Assembly: GCA_030390025.1 (NCBI GenBank) | Contig: JASTWF010000337.1 | Coordinates: 372,001-436,000 of the forward strand | DNA length: 64,000 bases | Direction of reading: 5' to 3' | Source of the DNA: Squalus acanthias | Lineage: Eukaryota | Part shown: positions 39,401 through 51,979 of the stretch, piece by piece | How positions within the stretch are numbered: position 1 is the stretch's first letter | Layout of the letters: each line of letters begins with the position of its first letter | Notes under the pieces: generated by a model | The model's input: only the letters and a program-made list of their open reading frames with translations | Databases searched by the model: none | Told to the model about the DNA's origin: nothing | Made by a program: the position numbers and the translations under genes

Positions 39401-42373
39401 GACACGGAACTGATAACTGCACAAGGAGCAGATAACTGGACAAGGAACTGATAACTGGACAAGGAACTGATAACTGGACAAGGAGCAGATAACTGGACAA
39501 GGAGCAGATAACTGGACAAGGAACTGATAACTGGACAAGGAACTGATAACTGGACAAGGAACTGAAAAATTGACTAGGAACTGATAACTGGACAAGGAGC
39601 AGATAACTGGACAAGGAGCAGCTCACTGGACATGGAGCAGATAACTGGACAAGGAACTGATAACTGGACAAGGAACTGATAACTGCACAAGGAGCAGATA
39701 ACTGGACAAGGAGCAGATAACTGGACAAGGACCAGATAACTGCACAAGGACCAGATAACTGGACAAGGAGCAGATAACTGGACAAGGAGCAGATAACTGG
39801 ACAAGGAGCAGATAACTGGACAAGGAGCAGATAACTGGACAAGGAGCAGATAACTGGAAAAGGAACAGATAACTGGACAAGGAGCAGATAACTGGACAAG
39901 GAGCAGATAACTGGACAAGGATCAGATAACTGGACAAGGAGCAGATTACTGGACAAGGATCAGATAACTGGACAAGGAGCAGATAACTGGACAAGGAGCA
40001 GATAACTGGACAGGAAACTGATAACTGGACAAGGAACTGATAACTGGACAAGGAACTGATAACTGGACAAGGAACTGATAACTGGACAAGGAACAGATAA
40101 CTGGACAAGGAACTGATAACTGGACAAGGAGCAGATAACTGGACAAGGAACTGATAACTGGACAAGGAGCCGATAACTGGACAAGGAACTGATAACTGGA
40201 CAAGGAGCAGATAACTGGACAAGGAACTGATAACTGGACAAGGAGCAGATAACTGGACAAGGAACTGATAACTGGACAAATACTGATAACTGGACAAGGA
40301 ACTGATTACTGGAGATTGAACTGATAACTGGACAGTGAACTGATAACTGGACAAGGAACTGATAACTGGACAAGGAACTGATAACTGGACAAGGAACTGA
40401 TAACTGGACAAGGAACTGATAACTGGACAAGGAACTGATAACTGGAAAAGGAGCAGATTACGGGACAAGGAACTGATAACTGGACAAGGAGTAGATTACT
40501 GGACAAGGAACTGATAACTGGACAGGGAGCAGATAATTGGACAAGGAACTGATAACTGGACAAGGAACTGCTAACTGGAAAAGGAACTGATAACTGGACA
40601 AGGAACTGATAACTGGACAAGGAACTGATAACTGGACAAGGAACTGATAACTGGACAAGGAACTGATAACTGGACAAGGAGCAGATAACTGGACAAGGAG
40701 CAGATAACTGGACAAGGAGCCGATAACTGGAGAAGGAACTGATAACTGGACATGGAGTAGAAAACTGGACAAGGAACTGATAACTGGACAAGGAGCAGAT
40801 AACTGGACAAGGAACTGATAACTGGACAAATACTGATAACTGGACAAGGAACTGATTACTGGAGATTGAACTGATAACTGGACAGTGAACTGATAACTGG
40901 ACAAGGAACTGATAACTGGACAAGGAACTGATAACTGGACAAGGAACTGATAACTGGACAAGGAACTGATAACTGGAAAAGGAGCAGATTACGGGACAAG
41001 GAACTGATAACTGGACAAGGAGTAGATTACTGGACAAGGAACTGATCACTGGACAAGGAGCAGATAATTGGACAAGGAACTGATAACTGGACAAGGAACT
41101 GCTAACTGGAAAAGGAACTGATAACTGGACAAGGAACTGATAACTGGACAAGGAATTGATAACTGGACAAGGAACTGTAACTGGACAAGGAACAGATAAC
41201 TGGACAAGGAACTGATAACTGGACAAGGAGCCGATAACTGGAGAAGGAACTGATAACTGGACATGGAGTAGAAAACTGGACAAGGAACTGATAACTGGAC
41301 AAGGAGCAGATAACTGGACATGGAGTAGAAAACTGGACAAGGAACTGATAACTGGACAAGGTGCAGATAACTGGACAAGGAACTGATAACTGGACAAGGA
41401 ACTGATAACTGGACAAGGAACTGATAACTGGACAAGGAACTGATAACTGGACAAGGAACTGATAACTGGACATGGAGTAGAAAACTGGACAAGGAACTGA
41501 TAACTGGACAAGGTGCAGATAACTGGACAAGGAACTGATAACTGGACAAGGAGCAGATAACTGGACAAGGAGCAGATAACTGGACACGGAGCAGATAACT
41601 GGACAAGAAACTGATAACTGGACAAGGAACTGATAAGTGGACAAGGAACTGATAAGTGGACAAGGAACTGATAAGTGGACAAGGAACTGAAAACTGGACA
41701 GGGAACTGAAAACTGGACAGGGAACTGATAACTGGACAGGGAACTGATAACTGGACAGGGAACTGATAACTGGACAAGGAACTGATAACTGGACAAGGAA
41801 CTGATAACTGGACAAGGAGCAGATAACTGGACAAGGAACTGATAACTGGACAAGGAACTGATAACTGGACAAGGAACTGATAACTGGACAAGGAACTGAT
41901 AACTGGACATGGAGTAGAAAACTGGACAAGGAACTGATAACTGGACAAGGTGCAGATAACTGGACAAGGAACTGATAACTGGACAAGGAGCAGATAACTG
42001 GACAAGGAGCAGATAACTGGACACGGAGCAGATAACTGGACAAGAAACTGATAACTGGACAAGGAACTGATAAGTGGACAAGGAACTGATAAGTGGACAA
42101 GGAACTGATAAGTGGACAAGGAACTGAAAACTGGACAGGGAACTGAAAACTGGACAGGGAACTGATAACTGGACAGGGAACTGATAACTGGACAGGGAAC
42201 TGATAACTGGACAAGGAACTGATAACTGGACAAGGAACTGATAACTGGACAAGGAGCAGATAACTGGACAAGGAACTGATAACTGGACAAGGAACTGATA
42301 ACTGGACAAGGAGCAGATAACTGGACAAGGAACTGATAACTGGACAAGGAACTGATAACTGGACAAGAATCAG

Positions 42374-43903
42374 ATAGAAACATAGAAACATAGAAAATAG
42401 GTGCAGGAGTAGACCATTCGGTCCTTTGAGCCTGCACCGCCATTCAATGCGTTCATGGCTGAACATGCTACCTCAGTACCCCATTCCTGCTTTCTCGCCA
42501 TACCCCTTGATACCCCTAGTTGTGAGTGTTATATCTAACTCCCTTTTGAATATATTTACCGAACTGGCCTCAACATCCTTCTGTGGTAGAGCATTCCACA
42601 GATTCACCACTTTCTGGGTGAAGAAGTTCCTCCTCATCTCAGTCTTAAATGGCTTCCCCTTTATCCTTGGACTGTGACCCCGGTTCTAGTTTTCCCTAAC
42701 ATTGGAAACATTCTGCCCGCATCTAATTTGTCTAAACCAGTCAGGATTTTAAACGTCTCTATAAGATCCCCCCTCTTTCTTCTGAACTCCAGAGGATACA
42801 AGTTCAGTTGATCCAGTCTTTCTTGATATGTCAGTCTGGCCATCCCAGGAATCAATCTAGTGAACCTTCGTTGCACTCCCTCAATAGCAAGAATGTCCTT
42901 CCTCAAGTTAGGACACCAAAACTGCACACAATACTCCAGGTGTGGCATCACCAAGGCCCTGTACAACTGTAGCATCACCTCCCTACTCCTGTACTCAAAT
43001 CCCCTTGCTATGAAGGCCATCATGCCATTTGCTTTCTTGACTGCCTGCTGCACTTGCCTTCCCACCTTCAGTGACTGATGTACCATGACGCCCAGGTCTC
43101 GTTGCACCTCCCCTTTCCCTAATCTGCCACCATTCAGGTAGTAGTCTGCCTCCCTATTTTTACCACCAAAGTGGATAACCTCACATTTATCCACATTGTA
43201 CTTCATCTGCCATACATTTGCCCATTCACCCAACCTGTCCAAGTCACTCTGTAGCCTCCTAGCATCCTCCTCATTGTTCACACTGCCACCCAATTTAGTG
43301 TCATCTGCAAATTTGGAGATATTACAATTAATCCCTTCGTCCAAATCATTAATATATAATGTAAACAGCTGGGGCCCCAGCACCGAACCCTGTGGTACCC
43401 TGCTGGTCACTGCCTGCCATTCTGAAAAGTACCCATTTACTCCTACTCTTTGTTTCCTGTGTGCCAACCAGTTCTCAATCCACGTCAACACATTACCCCC
43501 AATCCCATGTGCTTTAACTTTACACACCAATCTCTTGTGTGGGACCTTGTCGAAGGCCTTCTGAAAGTCCAAATACACCACATCTACTGGTTCCCCCCCG
43601 TCCACCCTATTGGAAACATCCTCAAAAAATTCCAGAAGATTTGTCAAGCATGATTTCCCTTTCACAAATCCATGCTGACTTGGACCTATCATGTCGCCAC
43701 TTTCCAAATGGTCTGTTATGACATCTTTAATAATTGATTCCATCATTTTACTAACCACCGATGTCAGGCTGACCGGTCTATAATTCCCTGCTTTCTCCCT
43801 CCCTCCTTTTTAAAAAAGAGGGGTTACATTAGCCACCCTCCACTCCTTCGGAACTGATCCAGAGTCTAAGGAATGTTGGAAAATGATCGTCAATGCATCC
43901 ACT
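42374..43903 (-). mobile_element. 1.53-kb 5'-truncated CR1 in satellite, copy 3
   Basis: Same endpoints and deletion, plus at least two private substitutions, one creating a TAA stop at about 43810. Confidence 0.96.
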
Positions 43904-44984
43904 ATAACTGGACAAGGAGCAGATAACTGGACAAGGAGCAGATAACTGGACAAGGAGCAGATAACTGGACAAGGAACTGATAACTGGACAAGGAGCAGAT
44001 AACTGGACAAGGAACTGATAACTGGACAAGGAGCAGATAACTGGACAAGGAGCAGATAACTGGACAAGGAACTGATAACTGGACAAGGAACTGATAACTG
44101 GACAAGGAACTGATAACTGGAGAAGGAACTGATAACTGGACTAGGAACTGATAACTGGACAAGGAGCAGATAACTGGACAAGGAGCAGATAACTGGACAA
44201 GGAGCAGATAACTGGACAAGGAGCAGATAACTGGACAAGGAACTGATAACTGGACAAGGAGCAGATAACTAGACAAGGAACTGATAACTGGACAAGGAGC
44301 AGATAACTGGACAAGGAACTGATAACTGGAGAAGGAACTGATAACTGGACAAAACAGTTTATGATTTTTAACACCTCTTTTAACTCTCCCTTTTACCTTC
44401 ACTGCTCTAAAGAGAACAACTTCGAGGTGCTGAGACTAACGGCACCTGCTGCAGCAGGAGGGAGCGAGTCACTGAATTGCCTGATGTTCATCTTGCTGAT
44501 GTGCTGTGGTGAAGGCCTCGCTCACGGGGAAGGCCCCGCTCTGACAGTTTATGCAGGCCCCTCATTTGACATCTGAATGCTGGACGCTCAGGTACCCCTG
44601 CATTAAGTGTTTGAACACTTTCTGTCCCTCACTGCAATTTAATTTGTACAGACCCACCCATGTGGGCAGGTGCATGGGAGCTGGGGTGTGGGGAGGGCCA
44701 GGGGCCAGGGGAGGTAAGCACAGGACAGCGCTAATATCCATCAGTTTAAGACAAACAAACAGCAATGGATCCTCATCATCCCAAACTCATTTGCAAACTT
44801 TTCAATTCAAACTGTTAGAATTCTAATGGTAATGTTCACTTCTCAGTGACCTCATCAGCATTTAAACCTAAATATTCAGAAATCACAGAAATGCAAAAAT
44901 ATGCAGTTACATTTTAAATGAGTCTTTCTCAACATTTGATTTCAAATTTCAAGAGTTCCTCTTTGAACAACTGCAATTCAAAAG

Positions 44985-45100
44985 TGTGTCTTTTACTACG
45001 TTAAAGGCGCGATATAAATACAAGTTGTTGTTGTATTCGCTGTAAAGTGCTTTGGGAATTCTCAGGCTGTGAAAGGTGCTGATCAATACAGGTTCTTTGC
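44985..45100 (+). mobile_element. L2-type 3' tail remnants
   Basis: TTTTACTACGTTAAAGGCGCGATATAAATACAAGTTGTTGTTG resembles the reverse complement of the L2 tail at 54832-54890. Confidence 0.6.
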
Positions 45101-45134
45101 TGCAACTAAACCCAGTCAGAAACTTACCCTGAGT

Positions 45135-46950
45135 CATTAACGTCTATCAAAAACAGCAGTGGTCCAAGGACTGAGCCCTGGGAAACACCACTGTATCCCT
45201 CCCTCCAGTTCCAAAAACAGTCATTCACCACAACTTGCTGTTTTTCATCCCTTAGCCAATTTTGTATCCCTGCTGCTACTGTCCCTTTTTACCCCAGGGA
45301 CTTCAATTTTGCTAACAAGCCTAATATGTGGTAGTTTATCAAACGCCTTTTGAAATGCCATCAACTGCACTGCCCTCATCCACCCTCCCTGTTGCCTCAT
45401 CAAAAAACTCAATCAATAAAGCTTCCCCACCGCCAACGTTAAATTAACTGGCCAGGTTTATCCTTCTCCCCTTTGTGAACAAGGGTGCAACATTTGCAAT
45501 CCTCCAGTCCTCTGACACCACCTCTGTATCTGAGGAAGTTTGGAAGATTGTGGCTAGCACCTCCACAATTTCTACCATTACTTCCCTCAGCAACCTAGGA
45601 TGCATCCCACCCTGACCTAGTGACTTATCCACTTTAAGTACAGCCAGCCTTTCTAGTATCTCCTCTTTATCTATTTTTATTTCACTCAGTATCCCAATAA
45701 CCTCCTTGTTTACCAAAGCCTTGGTAAAGTCCTCTTCCTTGGTAAACACCGCTGCAAATTACTCATTTAGTACCTCAGCTACACCTTCTGCCTCCACCAA
45801 CAGATCTCCATTTTGGTCCCGAATGGGCCCCATCACTCCGCTGACAACCCTTTTACTGTTAATATGCTTATAGAAGACCTTTGGATTCCTTTTATGTTAG
45901 CCGCCAATCTATACTCTCACTGTCTCTTTGCCCCTCTTATTTCCTTTTTCACTTCTTTACTTTTTATATTCTCCCTTGTATTATCAAGCTCACGTCTATT
46001 ATACGCCCCCTTTCTGCTTTATCCTACTCTCTAATTCCTTCGTCAGCCAGGGAGCTCTGGCTTTGGTTTCCCTCCCTTTCCCCCTTGTGGGAATGTACCT
46101 AGACTGTACCTGAACCATCTCCTCTTTAAAGGCCGCCCATTGCTCCATTACATTTCTGGCTCCCTGTCTTTGACTCCAATTTGCCTGGGCCAGATCCCGC
46201 CTCAATTCACTGAAATTAAACCTCCTTCAATTCACAGAAATCACAGAATCCCCACAGTGCAGATAGAGGCCATTTCAGCCCATCGAGCCTGCACCGACAC
46301 ATATCACACCCTATTTAATCCCCCTAACACTAAGGGTCAATTTATCATAGCCAAATCAACCTAACCCGCACATCTTTGGACTGTGGGAGGAAACCGGAGC
46401 ACCCGGAGGAAACCCACGCAGACACGGGGAGAATGTGCAAACTCCACACAGACAGTCAACTGAGGCCGGATTCGAACCCGGGTCCCTGGCGCTGTGAGGT
46501 AACAGTGCTAACCACTATGCCACCATGGTATTTTTATTCCAGATTTCTCCTTGTCCTTCTCCATAACTAATCCAAACCTTATACTATGATCACTATTCCC
46601 GAGATACTCCCTGACTGTGACATTCTCCACTTCATTCCTCAGAACTAGACCCAGCAATACCTCCTTCCTCGGGGAACATACTGATCAAAAAGGTTCTCCT
46701 GAATACACTTCAGAAATTCCTCCCCCCTCTCTGCCCTTAACACAATCACTGCCCCATTCAATATTGGTGTAGTTAAAGTCTCCCATTATCACTACTCTAT
46801 AGTTCTTTCATCGCTCAGCAATTTCTTTTCAAATCTGCTTCTCTATCTTCTTCCCACTATTTGGTGGCCTATAAAATACACCAAGTAGCGTAATAGCTCC
46901 TCTATTGTTTCTTAACTGCTACCAAATAGATTCCGTCTTTCTAACACTAA
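45135..46950 (-). mobile_element. Old, internally deleted CR1 (EN-linker-RT), interrupted by a SINE
   Basis: Fragments WAAFKEEMVQVQSRYIP and LKVDKSLG...HPRLLREV...DWRIANVAPLF. Confidence 0.85.
46232..46527 (-). mobile_element. V-SINE (HE1-like): tRNA-derived head, V domain, CR1-type tail
   Basis: A box TGGCATAGTGG, B box GGTTCGAATCC, and V core GTGTGGAGTTTGCACATTCTCCCCGTGTCTGCGTGGGTTTCCTCCGGGTGCTCCGGTTTCCTCCCACA. Confidence 0.9.
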
Positions 46951-47425
46951 TATTTTCAACACACATGGTCGCACAGAGGCTTCTCAGATGCTGCATGTGA
47001 TACCTTCTCCATCCTCGTTAGGTTGTTTAACCTTTTTTAGAGCTGCACAGCTGAACGGGACGTTGACACACTGGGCCAAAGCCAACTCCCACCACTGGTC
47101 TGGATGGATTCCTGCCCCGACACCCAGTCCATCCTTCTCCTCACCTCATCGTTAATGGAGGCTGAGCACTGGCCAGAACGTACCCGTTTTTTCTGCGTTC
47201 CTGATTCCCCCTTTAAACTGTTGCAGTAGCAGCAGGATTTCCACTCCCTCCCTCTGCCAGAGCACTAATGACTGGCAAAATGTTAGCAGGAATGTGCCTC
47301 CGACTGGCTCAGTGGATCCCCGACTTCCCCGATCCAACTGGCAAACACAAGCTGCAGGCCATCACCTGTAAGGAAAGGGGTGCAGTAAAGCGCAGGGACA
47401 CACAACGCCAGTAACCCAGTGTTCC

Positions 47426-47431
47426 TTTATT
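47426..47431 (-). promoter_or_regulatory. SGSM3: Candidate SGSM3 polyadenylation signal (3' UTR about 47405-48755)
   Basis: AATAAA followed about 20 nt later by GU- and pyrimidine-rich sequence. The 1.3 kb up to the stop codon has no recognisable repeats. An alternative AATAAA lies at 48155-48160. Confidence 0.5.
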
Positions 47432-48755
47432 TCTTATTTACAAATAGCTAACATGATATAAAGTTTATACACACAGACTGGGCAATGATTAAATAAAAGT
47501 CAAGGAAGACAAGGAATAAAGTAAAACCCGCTACCAGGAGACTCAAATTGCGAGAAGGTGTACGGATGATAATGAATCCAAGGCCCTACAGGACCTGCAC
47601 TGCACAAAAACGCCACATACTTTCCGCTGCTGGACTCTGAATGAAGCTGTTTTCATTCAGGAATGTCTGAAATGGGAATAATATGGGTCTGCCAGGGATA
47701 GTGAGAAGATGGAACAGCTGCCACACTTCTATGGGAGACACTTTAAATGATTGCTTAATTAGGGACTCAACCCCAGGCTTAAACAAACTTGAATTTTAAA
47801 TATACAGAGCAATTCCCACTGTTTCACAGCTGTAACCAGCCCTGCAAGCTCACCCAGCAGACTGGTGACCAGAAATGTACCATTTATGGCAGTTTTGAGG
47901 CCTGTTCATGCACTGGTTGGTATTTGTGACTTCCACCTGTTGGAATTGAGCATCTCAGGCTGTCGCATATTCTGGGAATGTGAAGGAAGTTGGGAAATCT
48001 AAACATAAATAGCTCCCACAGCAGGAATCAGCGGGCTGTCAGCTGTTGCCTCCCCCTGCACTGCCTACAATTACTGCTCCCGGAAACAAGCACCGAGGCT
48101 GCTGCCGAGGCTGGCTGCAGGTTTTTGCTCCCAGAGGCAGTCCCTCCTGTTTTGTTTATTAGTGTCAGCAATCTGCAAAGCACACACTTTTTTCTCTAAT
48201 CTAATCTTTTTAAAGCCTGTCCCATGCTGCCGACGATGTGTGCTATAACCAGCCCTGCATGCCTGTCACCAGCAAGCTCAGCTAGTACAGTTACAGTTCC
48301 AGCAGGGTGGCAACCCCGAGCTCGGGCCGCTCTATCGATGGGCTGGAACCCTGCGTGTGATGAGATGCAGAAAGTGCCCCTTCAGTAGATTTGGACTCCC
48401 CAGGGGGGAAGGATTACAGTGTCGGTCACCCCACCAGGTGAAACCAGGCTAGCAAACACCCCCAGCCAGGTTAGTGCCCATTAACGGGAATTATGCAAGA
48501 GCTCTGTGTAACCTTTGGGGGGGAGAGAGTGGGGAGGGGGATGAGAGTGGGGAGGGGGATAGAACAACAGCTCCCAAAGATTAATATTTGCAGGGTTACA
48601 ATGATGCAGCGTTTCCTTGTCTCTTGTAGTGTGGGTGCAAAGCAGCACTCCGCAAATCCTGATCCTGATTGGGTGATCGCTATGTACACAGGCACCTGCA
48701 GTGTAACATGCTGATGGTGATTTGGCGTAGTGTTTGATTGGAGGAGAGTAGTTAG

Positions 48756-48839
48756 TTAACCATCAATATCCCAGCTGAACAGATGATGCTTCACCAACAT
48801 GTCCTGGACTCCGTCTTTCAGAGGCTTCTTCTCTTTATC
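48756..48839 (-). CDS. SGSM3: SGSM3 last coding exon: [27 protein letters not shown]
   Basis: Acceptor ttttttttcatcatcAG. Matches the remembered SGSM3 C-terminus [22 protein letters not shown] and ends in TAA. Confidence 0.94.
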   Translation of the reverse strand, partial: DKEKKPLKDGVQDMLVKHHLFSWDIDG

Positions 48840-49214
48840 CTGATGATGAAAAAAAAATGAATCATGTGCCGCTTGCGACAGTCGGACGATATCTCAACCA
48901 GAGCGGAGCCAGGGGATGTGATCAGGAACAGCAGGCAGCCCCTCACCACACCTCCCACTTCGCAGAGTCCGCAGCCTCAGCCCCACCCAGGCTGCAACTA
49001 ATAATAAAAGACATGAAGCTCAGCCCCCACCACCCAACACAGACCCCAAGAGACAGACCCCTCCCCATACAGAACCTCCCCCCACACACAGATCCCTCCC
49101 CACCTAGACCCTCTCCCCCCGCACAGAAACCTCCTCCACAGAACCTCTCCACAAAAAAATCACACCCCACACAAAACCACCCAACACAGGACCCCCACGC
49201 CCCAACACGCAGAG

Positions 49215-49335
49215 AACACACACACACACACACACACAGAAACCCCCTCCCACACACACAGAAACCCCCTCCCACACACACAGAAACCCCCTCCCACACA
49301 CACAGAAACCCCCTCCCACACACACAGAAACCCCC
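49215..49335. repeat. (CA)n followed by a 22-bp repeat CACACACAGAAACCCCCTCCCA x5
   Basis: GAAACC recurs at 49239, 49261, 49283, 49305 and 49327. Confidence 0.9.
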
Positions 49336-49390
49336 CAGAGACTCCTCTCTATTGTGTTCGGATACACAGATCTGGAATCATCAGGCATCA

Positions 49391-51106
49391 GGACACTGGC
49401 TCACTGTACGGGTGTAATGTCCAGTGGAGTGGACACTGGCTCACTGTACGGGTGTAATGTCCAGTGGAGTGGACACTGGCTCACTGTATGGGTGTAATGT
49501 CCAGTGGAGTGGACACTGACTCACTGTATGGGTGTAATGTCCAGTGGAGTGGACACTGGCTCACTGTACGGGTGTAATGTCCAGTGGAGTGGACAGTGAC
49601 TCACTGTACGGGTGTAATGTCCAGTGGAGTGGACACTGACTCACTGTACGGGTGTAATGTCCAGTGGAGTGGACACTGGCTCACTGTAAGGGGTGTAATG
49701 TCCAGTGGAGTGGACACTGGCTCACTGTAAGGGGTGTAATGTCCAGTGGAGTGGACACTGGCTCACTGTAAGGGGTGTAATGTCCAGTGGAGTGGACACT
49801 GGCTCACTGTAAGGGGTGTAATGTCCAGTGGAGTGGACACTGGCTCACTGTACGGGTATAATGTCCAGTGGAGTGGACACTGGCTCACTGTAAGGGGTGT
49901 AATGTCCAGTGGAGTGGACACTGGCTCACTGTAAGGGGTGTAATGTCCAGTGGAGTGGACACTGACTCACTGTACGGGTGTAATGTCCAGTGGAGTGGAC
50001 ACTGACTCACTGTACGGGTGTAATGCCCAGTGGAGTGGACACTGGCTCACTGTAAGGGGTGTAATGTCCAGTGGAGTGGACACTGGCTCACTGTACGGGT
50101 ATAATGTCCAGTGGAGTGGACACTGGCTCACTGTACAGGTGTAATGTCCAGTGGCAACACGGTGGCATAGTGGTTAGCACTGGTGCCTCACAGCGCCAGA
50201 GACCCGGGTTCGAATCTGACCTCGGGTGACTGTCTGTGTGGAGTTTGCACATTCTCCCCGTGTCTGCGTGGGTTTCCTCCGGGTGCTCCGGTTTCCTCCC
50301 ACAGTCCAAAAATGTGTGGGTTAGGTTGATTTGGCTATGATAAATTGACCCTTAGTGTTAGGGGGGATTAAATATGTGGGGTTATGGGGATAGGATGGGA
50401 TATGTTAGGGGGAATTAAATACGTGGGGTTACGGGGGTAGGGTGGGATATGTGTACTGTGGGGATTAAAGCAGGGACAGGGTACTGGATTTGGATGATCA
50501 GCCATGATCGTATTGAATGGCGGAGCAGGCTCGACGGGCCGAATGGCCTACTCCTGCTCCTAGATTCTATGTTTCTATGTTTCTATGGAGTGGACACTGG
50601 CTCACTGTACGGGTGTAATGTCCAGTGGAGTGGACACTGGCTCACTGTACGGGTGTAATGTCCAGTGGAGTGGACACTGGCTCACTGTGCGGGTGTAATG
50701 TCCAGTGGAGTGGACACTGGCGCACTGTACAGGTATAATGTCCAGAGGAGTGGACACTGGCTCACTGTACAGGTATAATGTCCAGTGGAGTGGACACTGG
50801 CTCACTGTACGGGTGTAATGTCCAGGGGAGTGGACACTGGCTCACTGTACGGGTGTAATGTCCAGTGGAGTGGCCACTGGCTCACTGTACAGGTATAATG
50901 TCCAGTGGAGTGGACACTGGCTCACTGTACGGGTGTAATGTCCAGGGGAGTGGACACTGGCTCACTGTACGGGTGTAATGTCCAGTGGAGTGGACACTGG
51001 CTCACTGTACGGGTATAATGTCCAGTGGAGTGGACACTGGCTCACTGTACGGGTATAATGTCCAGTGGAGTGGACACTGGCTCACTGTACGGGTGTAATG
51101 TCCAGG
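49391..51106. repeat. 40/41-bp minisatellite in the last SGSM3 intron, interrupted by a SINE
   Basis: Unit GGACACTGGCTCACTGTACGGGTGTAATGTCCAGTGGAGT, about 32 copies. Confidence 0.97.
50153..50587 (+). mobile_element. V-SINE with a different CR1-derived tail, inserted in the 40-bp array
   Basis: A/B boxes and V core, then GATCAGCCATGATCGTATTGAATGGCGGAGCAGGCTCG...(TTCTATGT)n. The array resumes in register after the insertion. Confidence 0.92.
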
Positions 51107-51147
51107 GGATGAGATACACGGCACCTTCAGCATTCTTTTTTCTTTAC

Positions 51148-51208
51148 CTCTTTCTTGATGGGAAGCTCCCAGTCCTGAGAAAGGCTAAACGCAAACCTGG
51201 ACAACACC
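51148..51208 (-). CDS. SGSM3: SGSM3 penultimate coding exon (61 bp): (R)VLSRFAFSLSQDWELPIKKE
   Basis: Acceptor tctgtgttgcAG and donor GTaaag. Phases fit both neighbouring exons. Confidence 0.93.
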
Positions 51209-51979
51209 CTGCAACACAGAGGCAGAAAACTCAGTCGAGATGTTATGTTGCAGAATGAAAGAAAAATAGTACCTGACCTTAACGACAGTTTATACAAGTG
51301 TAATCCTCTTTGTTAATCGAGTGCTTTAATCTTGGGGCTCTCTCAGGAGATGCTTTCCTAACATGATCCAATATCTTAGTCTCCCTGCTGTAAAACCAGC
51401 AACATATATACAGGACTGACACGGCTCTGTGGCGCCTCTCAGAGCATCGCACAGCAGCACCTCCTGGGGGTGGGGGTGGGATGCTGCATGCAGGGGGGCA
51501 TCTTTGATGGGGTAAAGAATGGAGCTATTAGCAACATGGGGACAAGCGAGCGGTTACTGATGTCTCAGCAGGCAGAGTATAGCCAAGCCACACAGACCAG
51601 AAGGCTTAGGTCCAATCCCTGGCCTGTACAGACCGGCTGATCTCTGGGGGACAGCAAAATGTGTGGCTGCAACTGGTCTCAGTCCCCTCCCCACCCCCCG
51701 GGCTGGGAAACCAGAGAATTCCTGCTCCTTGTGACAATTCAATCAATGCTGCTGGAAGCTGATCTTGCGTGTGGCAGGTTTGGAATCTGCACTGAAGACC
51801 TCCAGTCCGAACTCTCACACAAAGACATCACTGAGGCCTGTGCGATCACATAACTCTACGCCAGAGAAAGTCAGTGTCCCGACAAGAGAGTCGGAAATTG
51901 GCACAGAAATACGAGCACGAATAGGCCTTGCACCCAGCACGAGCTGCCCCAGCTACCATAATATGGAGCAGTTCCTTAC

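Larger units (their letters stand above)
21357..44352. repeat. 19-bp satellite array, ~23 kb, roughly 970 units excluding CR1 inserts
   Basis: Two major units, GATAACTGGACAAGGAGCA and GATAACTGGACAAGGAACT, plus recurring minor variants. The unit count is estimated from (22,996 - 3x1,530)/19. Confidence 0.99.

Noticed and set aside
21406..44402. Dozens of long minus-strand ORFs (up to 787 aa) with SSYQFLVQLSVPCPVI repeats
   Set aside because: The reverse complement of the 19-bp unit has no stop in any frame, so all three frames give the same 19-aa cycle. Starts are mostly TTG/GTG, and 18-bp units shift frames freely.
47004..47365. Strong acceptor-like site (cccctttccttacAG) and possible exon on the minus strand
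   Set aside because: All frames hit stops and no protein is recognisable. The pyrimidine tract fits a poly(A) downstream element equally well.
47637..47660. Perfect 9-bp hairpin CTGAATGAA...TTCATTCAG in the putative 3' UTR
   Set aside because: Short, AT-rich and isolated, so plausible by chance in 64 kb.
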